A DNA stretch of 63,016 nucleotides, counting the filler, from Rhabdomonas costata (lineage: Eukaryota): NCBI GenBank assembly GCA_019059605.1. It is 28 parts of 28 records of this genome, joined end to end, with 100 filler letters (N's around TTAATTAATTAA, not from the genome) between each part and the next. Parts side by side here need not be neighbours in the genome. Positions count along the whole stretch, not along the records: positions 49,604 to 51,755 come from JAHMHO010005225.1; positions 51,856 to 54,007 come from JAHMHO010005226.1; positions 54,108 to 56,260 come from JAHMHO010005227.1; positions 56,361 to 58,512 come from JAHMHO010005228.1; positions 58,613 to 60,764 come from JAHMHO010005229.1; positions 60,865 to 63,016 come from JAHMHO010005230.1; 22 more parts are not named here. One strand, given 5' to 3'. Below the pieces are notes generated by a model. The model was not told the origin of the DNA and ran no database searches. It saw only the letters and a program-made list of their open reading frames with translations. Made by a program: the position numbers and the translations under genes. Positions 49,876-61,169 of the stretch are shown here, piece by piece. Position 1 is the stretch's first letter. Every line of letters starts with the position of its first letter.

Positions 49876-51201
49876 CTCAATATTGTGGGCCTTCAGGCGC
49901 GTGCGGGTCTCCTCAAACTCGCACAGGATGCGGATGGGCCGTGCCGGCCTGCTGTTCAAGAATTCCATGTTCTGTGCGTGGGACCGGGAGTGGAGTGGAG
50001 GGGGGAGGGCCAAAAGGGAAACGCTAACAAATCTCTGAATCATACGTACGAGTGCCGGACACTCTTCTTTAAGGCGCAATGCGTTTGTGTCCTCTGGTCA
50101 AATGCTTCACCCGGCCTTCGACTGCACGATCCAGTTTTTCTCTGGGAGACTGACTTCACTCTATGGACTAGGCACACTTATTTGGGGACTCGGGTGCAGC
50201 TGGTCGCTGCTCGGCCGTTGGCCCTTCGGCGCGGCGTCTCCCTTCCGGCGTTGGTGGTCCGGACTAGGCACACGCACACATACACTTGCACTACATGACC
50301 CAGCACTTGGCACCCACCACAGACACCTTGTAAGCCTTCACTGTGGCAGGAGGGGGTGCAGCGTCGCCACTGGAGGACGACTTCGGCAGCTAAACAAAGG
50401 GAAAGGGGGGGGATTGCAAACCACAAAACTAACAGCCAGAATGCTGCTGCGAAAGAAAAAAGAAAAAGGAGAACGGGAACACAGAACTGGGAAGTGGGGG
50501 AAAGGCACCAAACGATGAGACAAAATCGCGATTCGAGCAAGACTGGAAAGAAAATGTGGTCTAGTTCAGAGAGAGGCGGGCGCGTGGGGGAGAGGCCTTG
50601 GAGTGGGGAAAAAGGGAGAAGCACTGGAAGAGCGTGGTGAATTTTGGTGTAAAACGTGTGCGTGCATCGGCCACCAATCGCAAGAAGAACGCAGAGTAGC
50701 AAAGAAATGCATGCACGACGAGAGAGGGACGGTCGCACTGCTAACACGGCAAATACCAGACATTTACACAGTCCATCAAACCTTCCAGAATTCTTTCTGC
50801 TGCTGCGATTTATAAAAAAACAGACAACACCAGACAATCAGATAAAAACATTCTCTGTGCCAAAACCCTGCTCATAATTATATCCGTACGGTGTGTGCAT
50901 CTTAATTAATAGGACATGTCATTGCCAGTTCAATCTCCCTTTATGTCACACTGCGCCAAACCTTTGGTTACATATACCCATATACCTGTATTTTCCCAAC
51001 ATTGGTGAGGCAGGTTTCTGTCACCAACTCTAACGCATCAACATTACAGGCGGCCAAAAGACAGGGGGGATCCCATTATCAAGACAACGTTCTGGAGACA
51101 GCGGAGGAGGAGGAGGAGAGGGGTGAAGGGAGCGCTACCTCAGAGATATTCAGCTTAGGCTTCTTTTTTGGTCCCCCATCGGACGTCACCACAGGGTTCA
51201 T
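49876..51201 (-). CDS. LOG / lysine-decarboxylase-like nucleotide phosphoribohydrolase, 5' exons 51201-51139 (probable), 50389-50327, 49971-49876
   Basis: ..TVKAYK|NMEFLNSRPARPIRILCEFEETRTRLKAHNIE matches the AY-x3-FL-x-S-x2-AR-x-IR-I-x2-E extension that precedes FGSAR in long LOG proteins. Phase-0 joins. Confidence 0.75.
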
Positions 51202-52052
51202 CGTCGTCGCGAAAGAAGCAAGCAGCAAAAGCGCAAAGCGGTGGGTGAATAGAGGGAGTAAATATTACAAAGCCTGAGCCAGACAAAGAAGGGAAGACAC
51301 TCAACAAGCAGCAGGACAAATTTTCTGGATGGGTCGACCATGCAAATTTTCAGACAGAACTTTTGTCAAGCACTGATTTGGGCAGCAACTGCAAGCATCA
51401 GTGAGTACATGTAACGTGCTTGAGAAGACAGGGATTTCTTCATTTGTTTTACGCAACCATCAGGGTACCTCGGATGTCTTTGAGTGCAACAAAGGGACTC
51501 AGTGGGTGTAAAGGGTTACGGAATTCTCACTTCCCCTGGTTATCTGAAGTCACCGGGTCTATTTCAGGGCTAGGGAGCCCCGAAAATGTCCGATGATGAC
51601 TGCCCGGGGACCGGCAATAATCTCTTTTACCGACAGAAGGAAAGAACCACCGATTGCCCGCTTTCCGCTCAAAGATTTTGCTTTTTACAGTTCAAAACAT
51701 TCACGAGTGTGAGGGGCACGAGCACAGCTCGATCGTCCAATGGTCGCAAAACACANNNNNNNNNNNNNNNNNNNNNNNNNNNNNNNNNNNNNNNNNNNNT
51801 TAATTAATTAANNNNNNNNNNNNNNNNNNNNNNNNNNNNNNNNNNNNNNNNNNNNCGTGGGTACGGAAGCTCCATAGCATTAGTCTTTCCCTGTCCCTGT
51901 CTCTCGCACATGTCCTTGCACCCTGGAGTCCAGAAGGGCCCCAATGTTTACCGGATTATGGTAGCATTTAACTGCCAGTGGGCAGGAACGCTCAGCGTCG
52001 ATGCAGCGGTTACCTGCATCAATGGTTGGCGTTACTTTCTGTTTCTGGGCAG

Positions 52053-53982
52053 GTCACCATCTTGTTCATGGACATCGCTGGGTTCAGCCGGGTCTCCGAG
52101 GAGCTGGAGCCTGACCAGCTGATTGCCTTGACCACGGACTACATGCAGGCCATGTGTGACGTGATCGTGAACCACAGCGGCACCCTGGACAAGGTATTGT
52201 CCCATACATCACAGGTCTACTCAGCTGGGTGTTCAAGGCTCAGACGTGCTGGTGTGGCAGGTGGTGAATGTTTGGAAACTGTGATGCGATTTTTTTGTGT
52301 GGGGTGCTTCTACATATCTCGTTCTTAAATAGGCAAAACAATGTCTTTTTTTTTTAAAGAAGCCTAGCCACTGGCTGTTGTATTTTTGTAAGGGAGGGCG
52401 CTGATCGTTTAACACCGTTCAACGGTCTCGGGCTGGCTTCCGCCCTATATTAATGCTGTCCCAATTGATCCAGAAAGTTTCAAAACGTCCCCCTCCCCCC
52501 AAAGACGATCGTCCCCTCGTTTTTTATCACCGTCTTGGTTGTTTTTTGTTCGGTTTTTTTAACATTGATCCTGGTGCACTTTTTTCGGAGGAGGAGTTCG
52601 TGGAGGACTGGGAGGTGTTGGGTGGGGTGGGGGGTGCTTAAGCTGCAGACCTATCGGACCCCAGGCTTATCCGCTGGCGTCTTACGAACGCTTTGGGTTC
52701 TTTTCAGGACTCGTCTCCAGGATATCATCATGCTATCATGCCCTTGTGCGTATGTTTTTGCATCGATGTGCGATGTGTGTGTGTGCGCGCGCGCGCGGTG
52801 CCAGTTCATTGGGGACTGTGTGATGGCGCTGTGGAACGCACCGCGGCGGCTGCGGGCGCACGAGGGAGCGGCCGTGGCAGCTGCCCTGCGGATGCAGGCG
52901 GACCTGCTGCATCTGTGGGACCGGTGGGAGGCCCAGGGCCTGCCCCCACTCCGGTGCGTGTGCATGTCCGATGTGAATCCTGGAGGATGTGCGGGTTTTA
53001 TGGGTGCAATTGTTGTTTTTGGTTTGCTGCCTGTGGGGATGGGACGCTCGTGGTGAGCTACAACTGCAGCACACGGGCACCCGTGCGACTGCGACGCTGC
53101 ACTGATGTAACTCTTTTTTTTTTACTTCCTGCTGTGTAGTAGAAGCAAGCGAATATTTTCTCGACCTGTTTTGGCTGTGCCCCATATTATGTGACTTTGC
53201 GATTCTTTGCCATTATTGCGGTCACCCCCCTACCATTGCGCCGGAGAAGGGAGGTGAGTGCGAAAAGATCGCTTTTCTCTGCAGAACCTCAGTGTCACCC
53301 TAATAAATGAGCTTATTCACGTACCCCAGCATATCTTGGTGCGGTTATTTGCTTCAGCCATGCCTGCTGCCTGTTTGGTAGAGCTCCTGCGTTTTTTCGC
53401 CTCACACCCCGAAAGTTGCGGAAAAGAGGTGGAGTTGGAAGCCTGCCCTCCCCCGTCGCAGCTTTCGCGTGGGCATCAACACTGACGCCGTGTTTGTGGG
53501 GAACTTCGGGTGCGACCATCGCATCAACTACACGGTGCGTGCAAGCGTGTAAGGAGGGAACTGTGTGAACGGGTTTCTGGCCGTCTCTTCGCGCTTGGCG
53601 CTCGCCGCGCCAGGCACTTGGTGAGACCGTGATCTATGGGCTTCGGGACTGTCCGCCCAGTGCATTGGTTACAAGGAAGGGTCCTCGCAGCTGCCTGCTG
53701 AGATACCGTCATTGGCGTTAAATTTGTTTCAACCTGAAAATCAAACCAAAGCAAGCAAGATAGTTTGTGAGCGTGTCCATCACTGTGGCTTTGGACTGCC
53801 CTCCGCCCTTAGCTCGGGGTTGCAGAGGACTAGAGTGGACTAGAGAGTATCAACCAGCACCACACGATGTTTTTATCAACCATATGCATCTAGGTCTTAG
53901 GGCAGCTGCCACTTGTGCGCCCAACTCTCAGGTGCTGGGCGATGGGGTGAACCTGGCCAGCAGACTGGAAGCCACCAACAAG
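52053..53982 (+). CDS. Class III adenylyl cyclase catalytic domain; exons 52053-52193, 52805-52953, 53462-53534, 53932-53982
   Basis: VTILFMDIAGFS..GTLDK|FIGDCVMALWNAP..RVGINT..VGNFG..RINYT|VLGDGVNLASRLE. Both metal-binding Asp residues, the K/T adenine-specifying pair and N-x3-R are intact. Confidence 0.96.
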
Positions 53983-54412
53983 GTGGCCCTTTCTCTCCCC
54001 CACACCCNNNNNNNNNNNNNNNNNNNNNNNNNNNNNNNNNNNNNNNNNNNNTTAATTAATTAANNNNNNNNNNNNNNNNNNNNNNNNNNNNNNNNNNNNN
54101 NNNNNNNGGGGTTTGTGGTGAGTAAGTCCTCACTTAAAGAGATAACAGATAACATCCATATTAAAATCTTCGGGTGTTGGCTTTTTCCCGGCCAATCTTC
54201 TTGCACGAACTCTGACCAACCGTGCTTTTTGTGCTCTTGCGTTTTCCTCTCCGCTCTTGGCGTCACCAAGGTGAGTGAACCCCAGAGGATTAGAATTGTG
54301 GAATAAGTTTCAACACCTGTCTTCTGGTGGCAAGTGAACCAGAACCACCACCTGAGCTTTTTGACTGGACATCACAACTCCAAGGCGCGGAAAAGTCCAA
54401 ACAAGAAGCACC

Positions 54413-55611
54413 TGTTAAGCAGCACATTGTCGGGCTTGATATCCCTGTGAATGAGTCCCTCTTCGTGAAGGCTCGCCAGTCCCCGTAAGGCCTGCAGAAG
54501 CAGGGGAGACAAATGGGGCGTGCAATTACTACGTAATGGACAAAACAGCAGTCTAACAGCTTCCCGGAGCAAACGCCAACCTGAACGGCGATGCAAGAGA
54601 GCATCGGCTCAGCGATGAAGCCTGCAGCACAAGTCCAACACGCGAGAAGAAACTAAAGAGTTCCACCCAGAGAGAGTATCACCCACTTCCTTAAATGAAA
54701 AGTTCAAGGGGTTTTGAGTTGGCAGCTTCGAAACCGCAAAACATGAACGTTTACGTTCACCCGGGGTTGGGGGAAGTGCGCATGCAGATGGGTACCTTTC
54801 TGTGCTGTGAGGTCCTTCAGCGTCCCCCGGTCCATGAACTCCAGCACCAGAATGAGCTCAGGGAGTCGGTAGAAGGCCTGACGGTAAAACAAAGCAAGGG
54901 CCCGAGGAGACTGCAAGGTGTCCTGGGGAAAAGGTTTGGACAAAGCACACTGGACGAACCTCAAAAGCCCTGACAACATTTTTGTGGCCTTTAAGAAGCA
55001 CCCTTCGCAGCTCTTCGGCAGTTCCCGAGCGGTTGTGGACCTGTGCGTTGAGAAGAGAACAGAGAATGAAATATGCTGAACAAATTCTGAAACGCGCAAA
55101 AACACGAAGCACCCACCCTCAAAAAACGCACCTCTTTCGGAAACAATCGAGTAATCTTCACGGCGAACAATTCTTTCGTGGACTTTCGAGCAGCGAGCAC
55201 AACTGCAGAACAAAAATGTTTATTAAAAAGCCGCATGCTTTAACATTTTTGTCACGGGAGGATGAATGCAGCGAGCAAGAAAGCCGAAAGTTCCACGCAT
55301 TCACACCCTGTCCCTGAGAGCCAGCTCCAAGTCTCTTCCTGAAATCGAAGTCACTCAGAGCCATTCCGGTGGAAGTCTTTTCAGCGTTCAGCGCCGCAGT
55401 AGATGTGAGACCCTCAAGCCCCACAACGAGACCTCCGACCTCAAGGTGGTCCAAGGCACAACCGCTGTTAATTTGGAGAAATTGAAAAGGCAACAAAAAA
55501 AGAACAGAAGTAAAATGCTGTTGAATATCAGCAGTGCTGTAGGCAAAACCTTTGTGCAGTGATCATGGAGCGGGGAGGCAGGGGTGCCGCAACCCTGGTT
55601 CTCCGCTTCAT
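54413..55611 (-). CDS. STE7/MAP2K-like Ser/Thr protein kinase, N-terminal half, multi-exon
   Basis: [11 protein letters not shown].., [77 protein letters not shown] introns. Confidence 0.88.
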
Positions 55612-56360
55612 TGCGGAAGCGCTTGCTGCACAAAAAGCTGCCACACAAAAACAAGACGAAGACGGCGTTTGGGTGGGAACCTGGTTCATCCCCCTGGCAA
55701 AAACTCCTTTTTGGACATTACAAGAGCAGCTTTCACGGCTTAACCGCCCCTCCTGCGGCGGGACGGAGGGACCGAAAACCGTGTCTCCTTGCCCCCTGAC
55801 TCCTTGAAAGGAGTGTAGGTCTGCAACGGTAGGACAACGTCTTCCTGAAATAGGAAGTCTTTTCTGGACAACTGAGCTCTCTCCTATTCGCGCTATTTTC
55901 TGTCCCCCGGCCCTTGAGTTAAGATTTAAGGTGTTTTTTTTTCAAGGTTGCGAGGTTGGATCACCATGCACAGGAAGAGAAGGTGGCGAAAGAGACGTGG
56001 GAAAGAGCTTGCATCATTGAACCCCATTTTGGCCAACGTCGAGCGGGGAACATTGGACCTGCACGTAATCAGCTGTTTCCGACCCCAACTGCACAACCCC
56101 AGTCAACACACAAACCCATTTCATAACATCTCACTCCACGCAAATTCCAGCAATCATTTTATATTTTTGTGGCCACCTTTTGCCCTCTCGCTTCCCTCTA
56201 CCACATTCCCACCGACACATGAACCCTGCTGAACCCCCCCACAACAAACACACCAACACANNNNNNNNNNNNNNNNNNNNNNNNNNNNNNNNNNNNNNNN
56301 NNNNTTAATTAATTAANNNNNNNNNNNNNNNNNNNNNNNNNNNNNNNNNNNNNNNNNNNN

Positions 56361-56557
56361 GTGTGGGTGTGTTTGGGGGGGTTGGTCTGAGGCAGGGACT
56401 GAATGGAGGTGAAGCTGGTGGGGCGGAAGGCGTTGCGGACCCGGTCCTGCTCCTCGCTGTTGAACGTGCTAAATTTCTGCGCCAGGTTGCCCTCGAGGTA
56501 CCGGGCCTTCACCTTGGACGCGCCAGGGTCTGCCGCTGAGGCATTGTCTTCCGACAT
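56361..56557 (-). CDS. Hypothetical protein, 5' end
   Basis: GC3-rich frame MSEDNASAADPGASKVKARYLEGNLAQKFSTFNSEEQDRVRNAFRPTSF after a pyrimidine tract. Confidence 0.65.
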
Positions 56558-56894
56558 TGCGGGGAGGGAGCAAAGGAGGAAGGAAAGAGTTTCGAAAAAA
56601 TAATTTGTCGTCAACAGAATTCACAGAGTCAGAGAGAACGAACAAATAGTTGCACTGTGGATGAAAATTTCCAGGCGTTCACTGTTCTCCATCAGAGGAA
56701 GCAAAATCTTGATCAAAGGCTCCGCAAGGTGAACAAATCAGGCTGGCATGGCCAAGGCCATTGGCACCGCGTTCGATTCTCAGAAACGATGGAGAAGCGT
56801 TAATTAGGTTTGTGAAGATTCACACATCGGCAGAAGAATAGGAGAGGTGGACACACGCCGACACATTTTCCACACAAAATTATGCAGAAGCATG

Positions 56895-57912
56895 CCTGCT
56901 CACGCGGCCCAACGTGGCGAAATGCGACTTCATCTAGGTCAACCAAGGTCGAACGTCGTATATGAAAGACCAGTCTCCCCAGGCCAATCCTCCGCACAAA
57001 GTAATTTTGGCATACACCGCACGAGCAAACGTCCGACAGGTTCCTGTGCGTGTCAGTGTGGTTTTGTATACATGCGCGCGAGCGCGACCGAGCGTAGGGG
57101 GCCACCCCGCCCCTTCTCAGCGAAAGCGCTGATCAGCGCGGGGTCAGCCTTCCCCGGGTTCAAAGGCCCGCCGAGTCCCGTCCATTCAAGTGGAACCCTG
57201 AGACATACACAAAGAAGCATCCTGACTTCGTCGTGAATAATTAACCACCGTGTTTTCTGAGAGGTCGGCGGGTGGTCACGTCACAGTGCACACGAGGATT
57301 GCAGAGCACGGTGGTATATTGCGGGAGGCCATGCGACCCTGTTCAAGGCTTCAGCGGTAAATGTCTTCAAGGTTCGAGTGAGACATGAACACGAATGAGA
57401 GCAGTTCGCACTTGCCGAAGGAGGAACAGCATTTCCATTATCCTGCGATTCAATCCAAAAATAATGCCATGGGGGGCAAGCTTTTCTTAGGGGTAAATCA
57501 TGCATGAGTCCTTGAAGAGAGGTTCTAAGTGTGGTACGAAATTAAATGGTGGGAGGCAAGAGCGAGTCAAGGCAACAATCCTCACAAATACAGGCTTACG
57601 AAGCAGTGAGGAGAGGGCAGGCCGGCGGTGACAACGACAAACGACAGACCGTGACGGCAGCAAGAAAGGCATCCAAGTCGTCAGTGGCTGCTGCTGCCCT
57701 GAGCTTTTGGTCCTGCTGCCGCCTATGTTGGCGTTCCTTCATCTTATCGACACCCCAAGAGGACGCCCCAAAGGAATCCGTATCATCGCTCCCCTTCTCG
57801 CCAGTTTGCGACCGTTCACCCTGTGAGATGTGACCAGAAATGCTTGAAGCAGGTGAACAGTCATTTCCATTCTCTCGGTTTGAACTTAGTTCTCGAGAGA
57901 TGAATCCATCTG
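56895..57912 (-). CDS. Hypothetical multi-exon protein fragments
   Basis: Exon-like frames DGFISRELSS..KMKERQHRRQQDQKLR..DLDAFLAAVT and NYFVRRIGLGRLVFHIRR..VGPREQ. Exact structure not resolved. Confidence 0.4.
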
Positions 57913-58612
57913 CAATAACCGGAAAGCAGGAACACGGGATACACAGATAATGGGTAATCAAACACAAGGTTGTTTTTGTGGACCTTTGTCATCATGGTGC
58001 TATTATGTTGTGTTCCTTTGAAATAGTGACGCTATTATTTCGCGACATGTGATTGGGGAAAGTATTCCTAAAAGTCCACTCCCAATCATTTTACCGCTGG
58101 CGTGTCGAGCAGAGTGCGTAAAAAAGCTTTCCTCTTAGGAGGAAGGGGAATTCGGGAGGAACCGCGGCCCTGCTATCACAAGAAAAATAATCTGAATCTT
58201 TATATATAGTGCACGGGTAATGGTAGTCATATGTACCTCTTCATGCCCAGGGGCAACTGCGCTGCAAATGGGAATGCGAATGGGCAGAAGCAATCTGGCC
58301 CGTGCACACACAGAGAAAGGGAGAACAGGAAGGGAGATGTGGAGACGTTACACTGCAAACTCAGAACACATGCCCTTTTTAGCCTCAGAAACACGAAAAC
58401 GTCTGAAACCTGTCTTATGCGAACGAACAGCACTGCCAGGTTCGGTGTCCAATGCCCAGTTCAGTGGTAAGGGCATGTTTTCTGAGTTTGCAGTGTAACG
58501 TCCCCACACACANNNNNNNNNNNNNNNNNNNNNNNNNNNNNNNNNNNNNNNNNNNNTTAATTAATTAANNNNNNNNNNNNNNNNNNNNNNNNNNNNNNNN
58601 NNNNNNNNNNNN

Positions 58613-60764
58613 CGAGATACGACGGATACCAAATAACAGCCCCATCAAGAACCCCACAGCAACCTGTGCAGCAGTCACTGTGAGTGCAGGTCGTTGAGGA
58701 GCACAACGTCCTGGGGTCATTTGCAGTAAACCCACTGAGACACCTCACACCGCTGCTGCCGCAGGTCGCGTAGGCTGCGGAGAGAAACAATGCCCCCTCC
58801 AACACGAACACCTGCGCTGACACAGAAGAGGTTATGTCGCATCTGAGAGATATTTTTCTTCTCGGCAGGGGTCTTTAGGCTTTGGGAAAGGAGGAAACAC
58901 AGTCCAGACAACCTGTGCAGCAATCACCGCGAGTGCAGGTCGTCGAGGAGCATACTGTGCCGGCGTCATTCGGAAAAAACCCACTGAGACACCTCACATT
59001 GTTGTTGCCGCAGCTCGGGTACGCTGCGAGAGAAGAGCAACCCCCGGTCAAAACAAACTCGCGCCGTTGACAAACAATAGTTCGCAACGCATCAACGATG
59101 GTTTTCTCCTCGGCTGGGCACGCCAACTTAGAGACGTTTGCAAAAGTAGGAAACCCCCCTCCCCAGCCTCGCTCGAAATGTTGGACACGCTCTGAGTGAG
59201 GGAGTCAGCGAGACAGCGAGTGAATAAGTGAATGAGTGTGTGTGTGTGTGTGCGTATGCGTGTGTGTTGCGTGCGTGCGTGCGCGTCGAGAGCAAGGCGA
59301 GGAAGCGATTAAATGCGTACGCTGCAGGATAGTCTCCAGGAAGGTGGAAGTGTGGAGAGAAAATAACCGTTTTCTCTGCAACGTTCCGGCGGCGTACTTT
59401 TGCCGCGACGGGTGGGGGGGTGGAGCGATCCGCACAGTGACGTCATGCGGCACGACGGAAATTATCAACACCCCAACAAACGCGCACCCCACAGCAACCT
59501 GTGCAGCAGTCACTGTGAGTGCAGGCCGTTGAGGAGCACACCGTGCGGGCGTCATTGGCAAAAAACCCACTGGGACACCTCACACTGCTGGTGCCACAGC
59601 TCGGGTACACTGCGGAGGGAAACAACGCCACGCAAACATAAACGTCGCGCAGCCGTCACACAGATGTTCGCGTGCATATGAACCCCTTCCAGAGCAGCGG
59701 AAGACGGAGGCCTGCTTAGGCTTTGACGTAAGCGGAAAACCATCCACACAAGGATGGTCTGGAGAGCAATTGGAGCACAAGAAGTGGACAGGAAGGAACA
59801 AAACCCCAACGAGCCCGCAGCTTGCCTTGTCCACAAGGGAACCAGGAAACCATAGTGGGGAAAGGAGGCAGCCCTCACCCATCGCCCTCCGCCACTAACA
59901 AACCAATGCCGGACGAGATATTCACGCTGACCGTAAAGCTGCCTGTATTGTCCTGAAAGGCCCCGGGGCTGCCGTGGTAGCCCGGGGCATCGACGATCCC
60001 CATAAACAGCGTGGTTGCAACCCACGGAGCGTAGAACACCTGAGTGGAACCTACCCCATCCCCCGTGCGCCCATCGCCGATGAAGAACACTTGGTTCAGC
60101 TGCGGCGACAGCGAAGGAAAGTTTGTCCCCAAGCTTCGAAAGTCCAGCATCGCAGGTCGGGGGTCGTTGGCGCCGCCCGTGCCCAGGAAGACCCCCGCAA
60201 GGTAGCCCGCGTTCGGGGCCCAGATCCCGGAGAGGTTTCCATAGCCCGAGTTGTAGGAGTCTGAAACCGCCGCACCAACTCCGTCAGCATCATTCTGGTT
60301 CCCACCCGAGCCCAGGTTGAGCATCACACGGCCGCTCACTGAAAACCTTAGCGCATCGCCGCCGTGCACTGGCACAGCAACAGGGGGCTGGCCCCCCCCG
60401 CCCCCCGACACCGCAGGCCCGTACGACAGCCCAGCGCCGTATATGTTGCGATCAGCACTGACCACCACCTCCAAGTGTTGGACATGCTCTGAGCCCGTCA
60501 CTGCAAAGCAAACGGTGTACGCAGAGAGGGCAAAACAGTGAGGGATATAAAGCTCCGATGCGAAGCGAAGAGAAAGGAGTCGGGCGTCTTTCTCGGAAAG
60601 AGGGGTGGGACCGGACCTAAGCGGCCCAACGACGTTTCGAGATACGACGGATACCAAATAACAGCCCCATCAAGAACCCCACAGCAACCTGTGCAGCAGT
60701 CACTGTGAGTGCAGGTCGTTGAGGAGCACAACGTCCTGGGTTCATTTGCAACAAACCCACTGAG
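58613..60764. repeat. Tandem macro-repeat, unit ~2025 bp
   Basis: 58613-58739 recurs at 60638-60764 with about 3 substitutions, including intron sequence. Confidence 0.85.
58664..60764 (-). CDS. Modular, probably extracellular protein: 37-aa six-Cys repeats plus a 199-aa Gly-rich beta-type domain; exons <60764-60689, 60500-59904, 59609-59499, 59023-58913, 58774-58664
   Basis: Three complete 111-nt phase-1/1 exons encode YxxCGxxxVRCxSGFxxNDxxTxCSSTxCTxxDCCT. A 597-nt phase-1/1 exon encodes ..NIYGAG..LAGVFLG..LSPQLNQVFFIGDG..ATTLFMGIVD..DNTGSFTV. Confidence 0.85.
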
Positions 60765-61169
60765 NNNNNNNNNNNNNNNNNNNNNNNNNNNNNNNNNNNN
60801 NNNNNNNNTTAATTAATTAANNNNNNNNNNNNNNNNNNNNNNNNNNNNNNNNNNNNNNNNNNNNACTTCTCAATGGAAAATAATTGCTTCTTCAAATGGA
60901 CCAACACCCAAGTAAAAGACGAATTCAGTGAAAGGACTAAAATCATAGACAAGCATTTGTTTTGGTCGAGTATCTCCGTAACGCCTGATGGTAGCCGCCA
61001 TTCCGAAGGTTGTTAAGGTTGGTAAGGAATCTGGCAAAACGTTAAGTTGCCCATATCAAGTTGCACTTCATATAAGTTCTGTTGTTTCTAATTTGCGCGA
61101 AATAAACCCGCCACCCGCGTTGAATTCCACATTTTCGAAGACCAAGACACAAGTCAAATAGGCAGTCAG

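Noticed and set aside
4802-53982. Joining the sensor contig and the cyclase catalytic contig into one gene, or treating neighbours as a pathway cluster
   Set aside because: They are different contigs ordered by size, with no linkage evidence.
2157-60864. Regularly spaced TTAATTAATTAA repeats as a CRISPR-like or biological array
   Set aside because: They are embedded in N runs of fixed length and are an artificial six-frame-stop linker.
60865-61169. Helitron 3' terminus (hairpin + CTRR) downstream of the GIY-YIG stop
   Set aside because: No convincing hairpin or terminal motif could be identified by eye; the end may lie off the contig.
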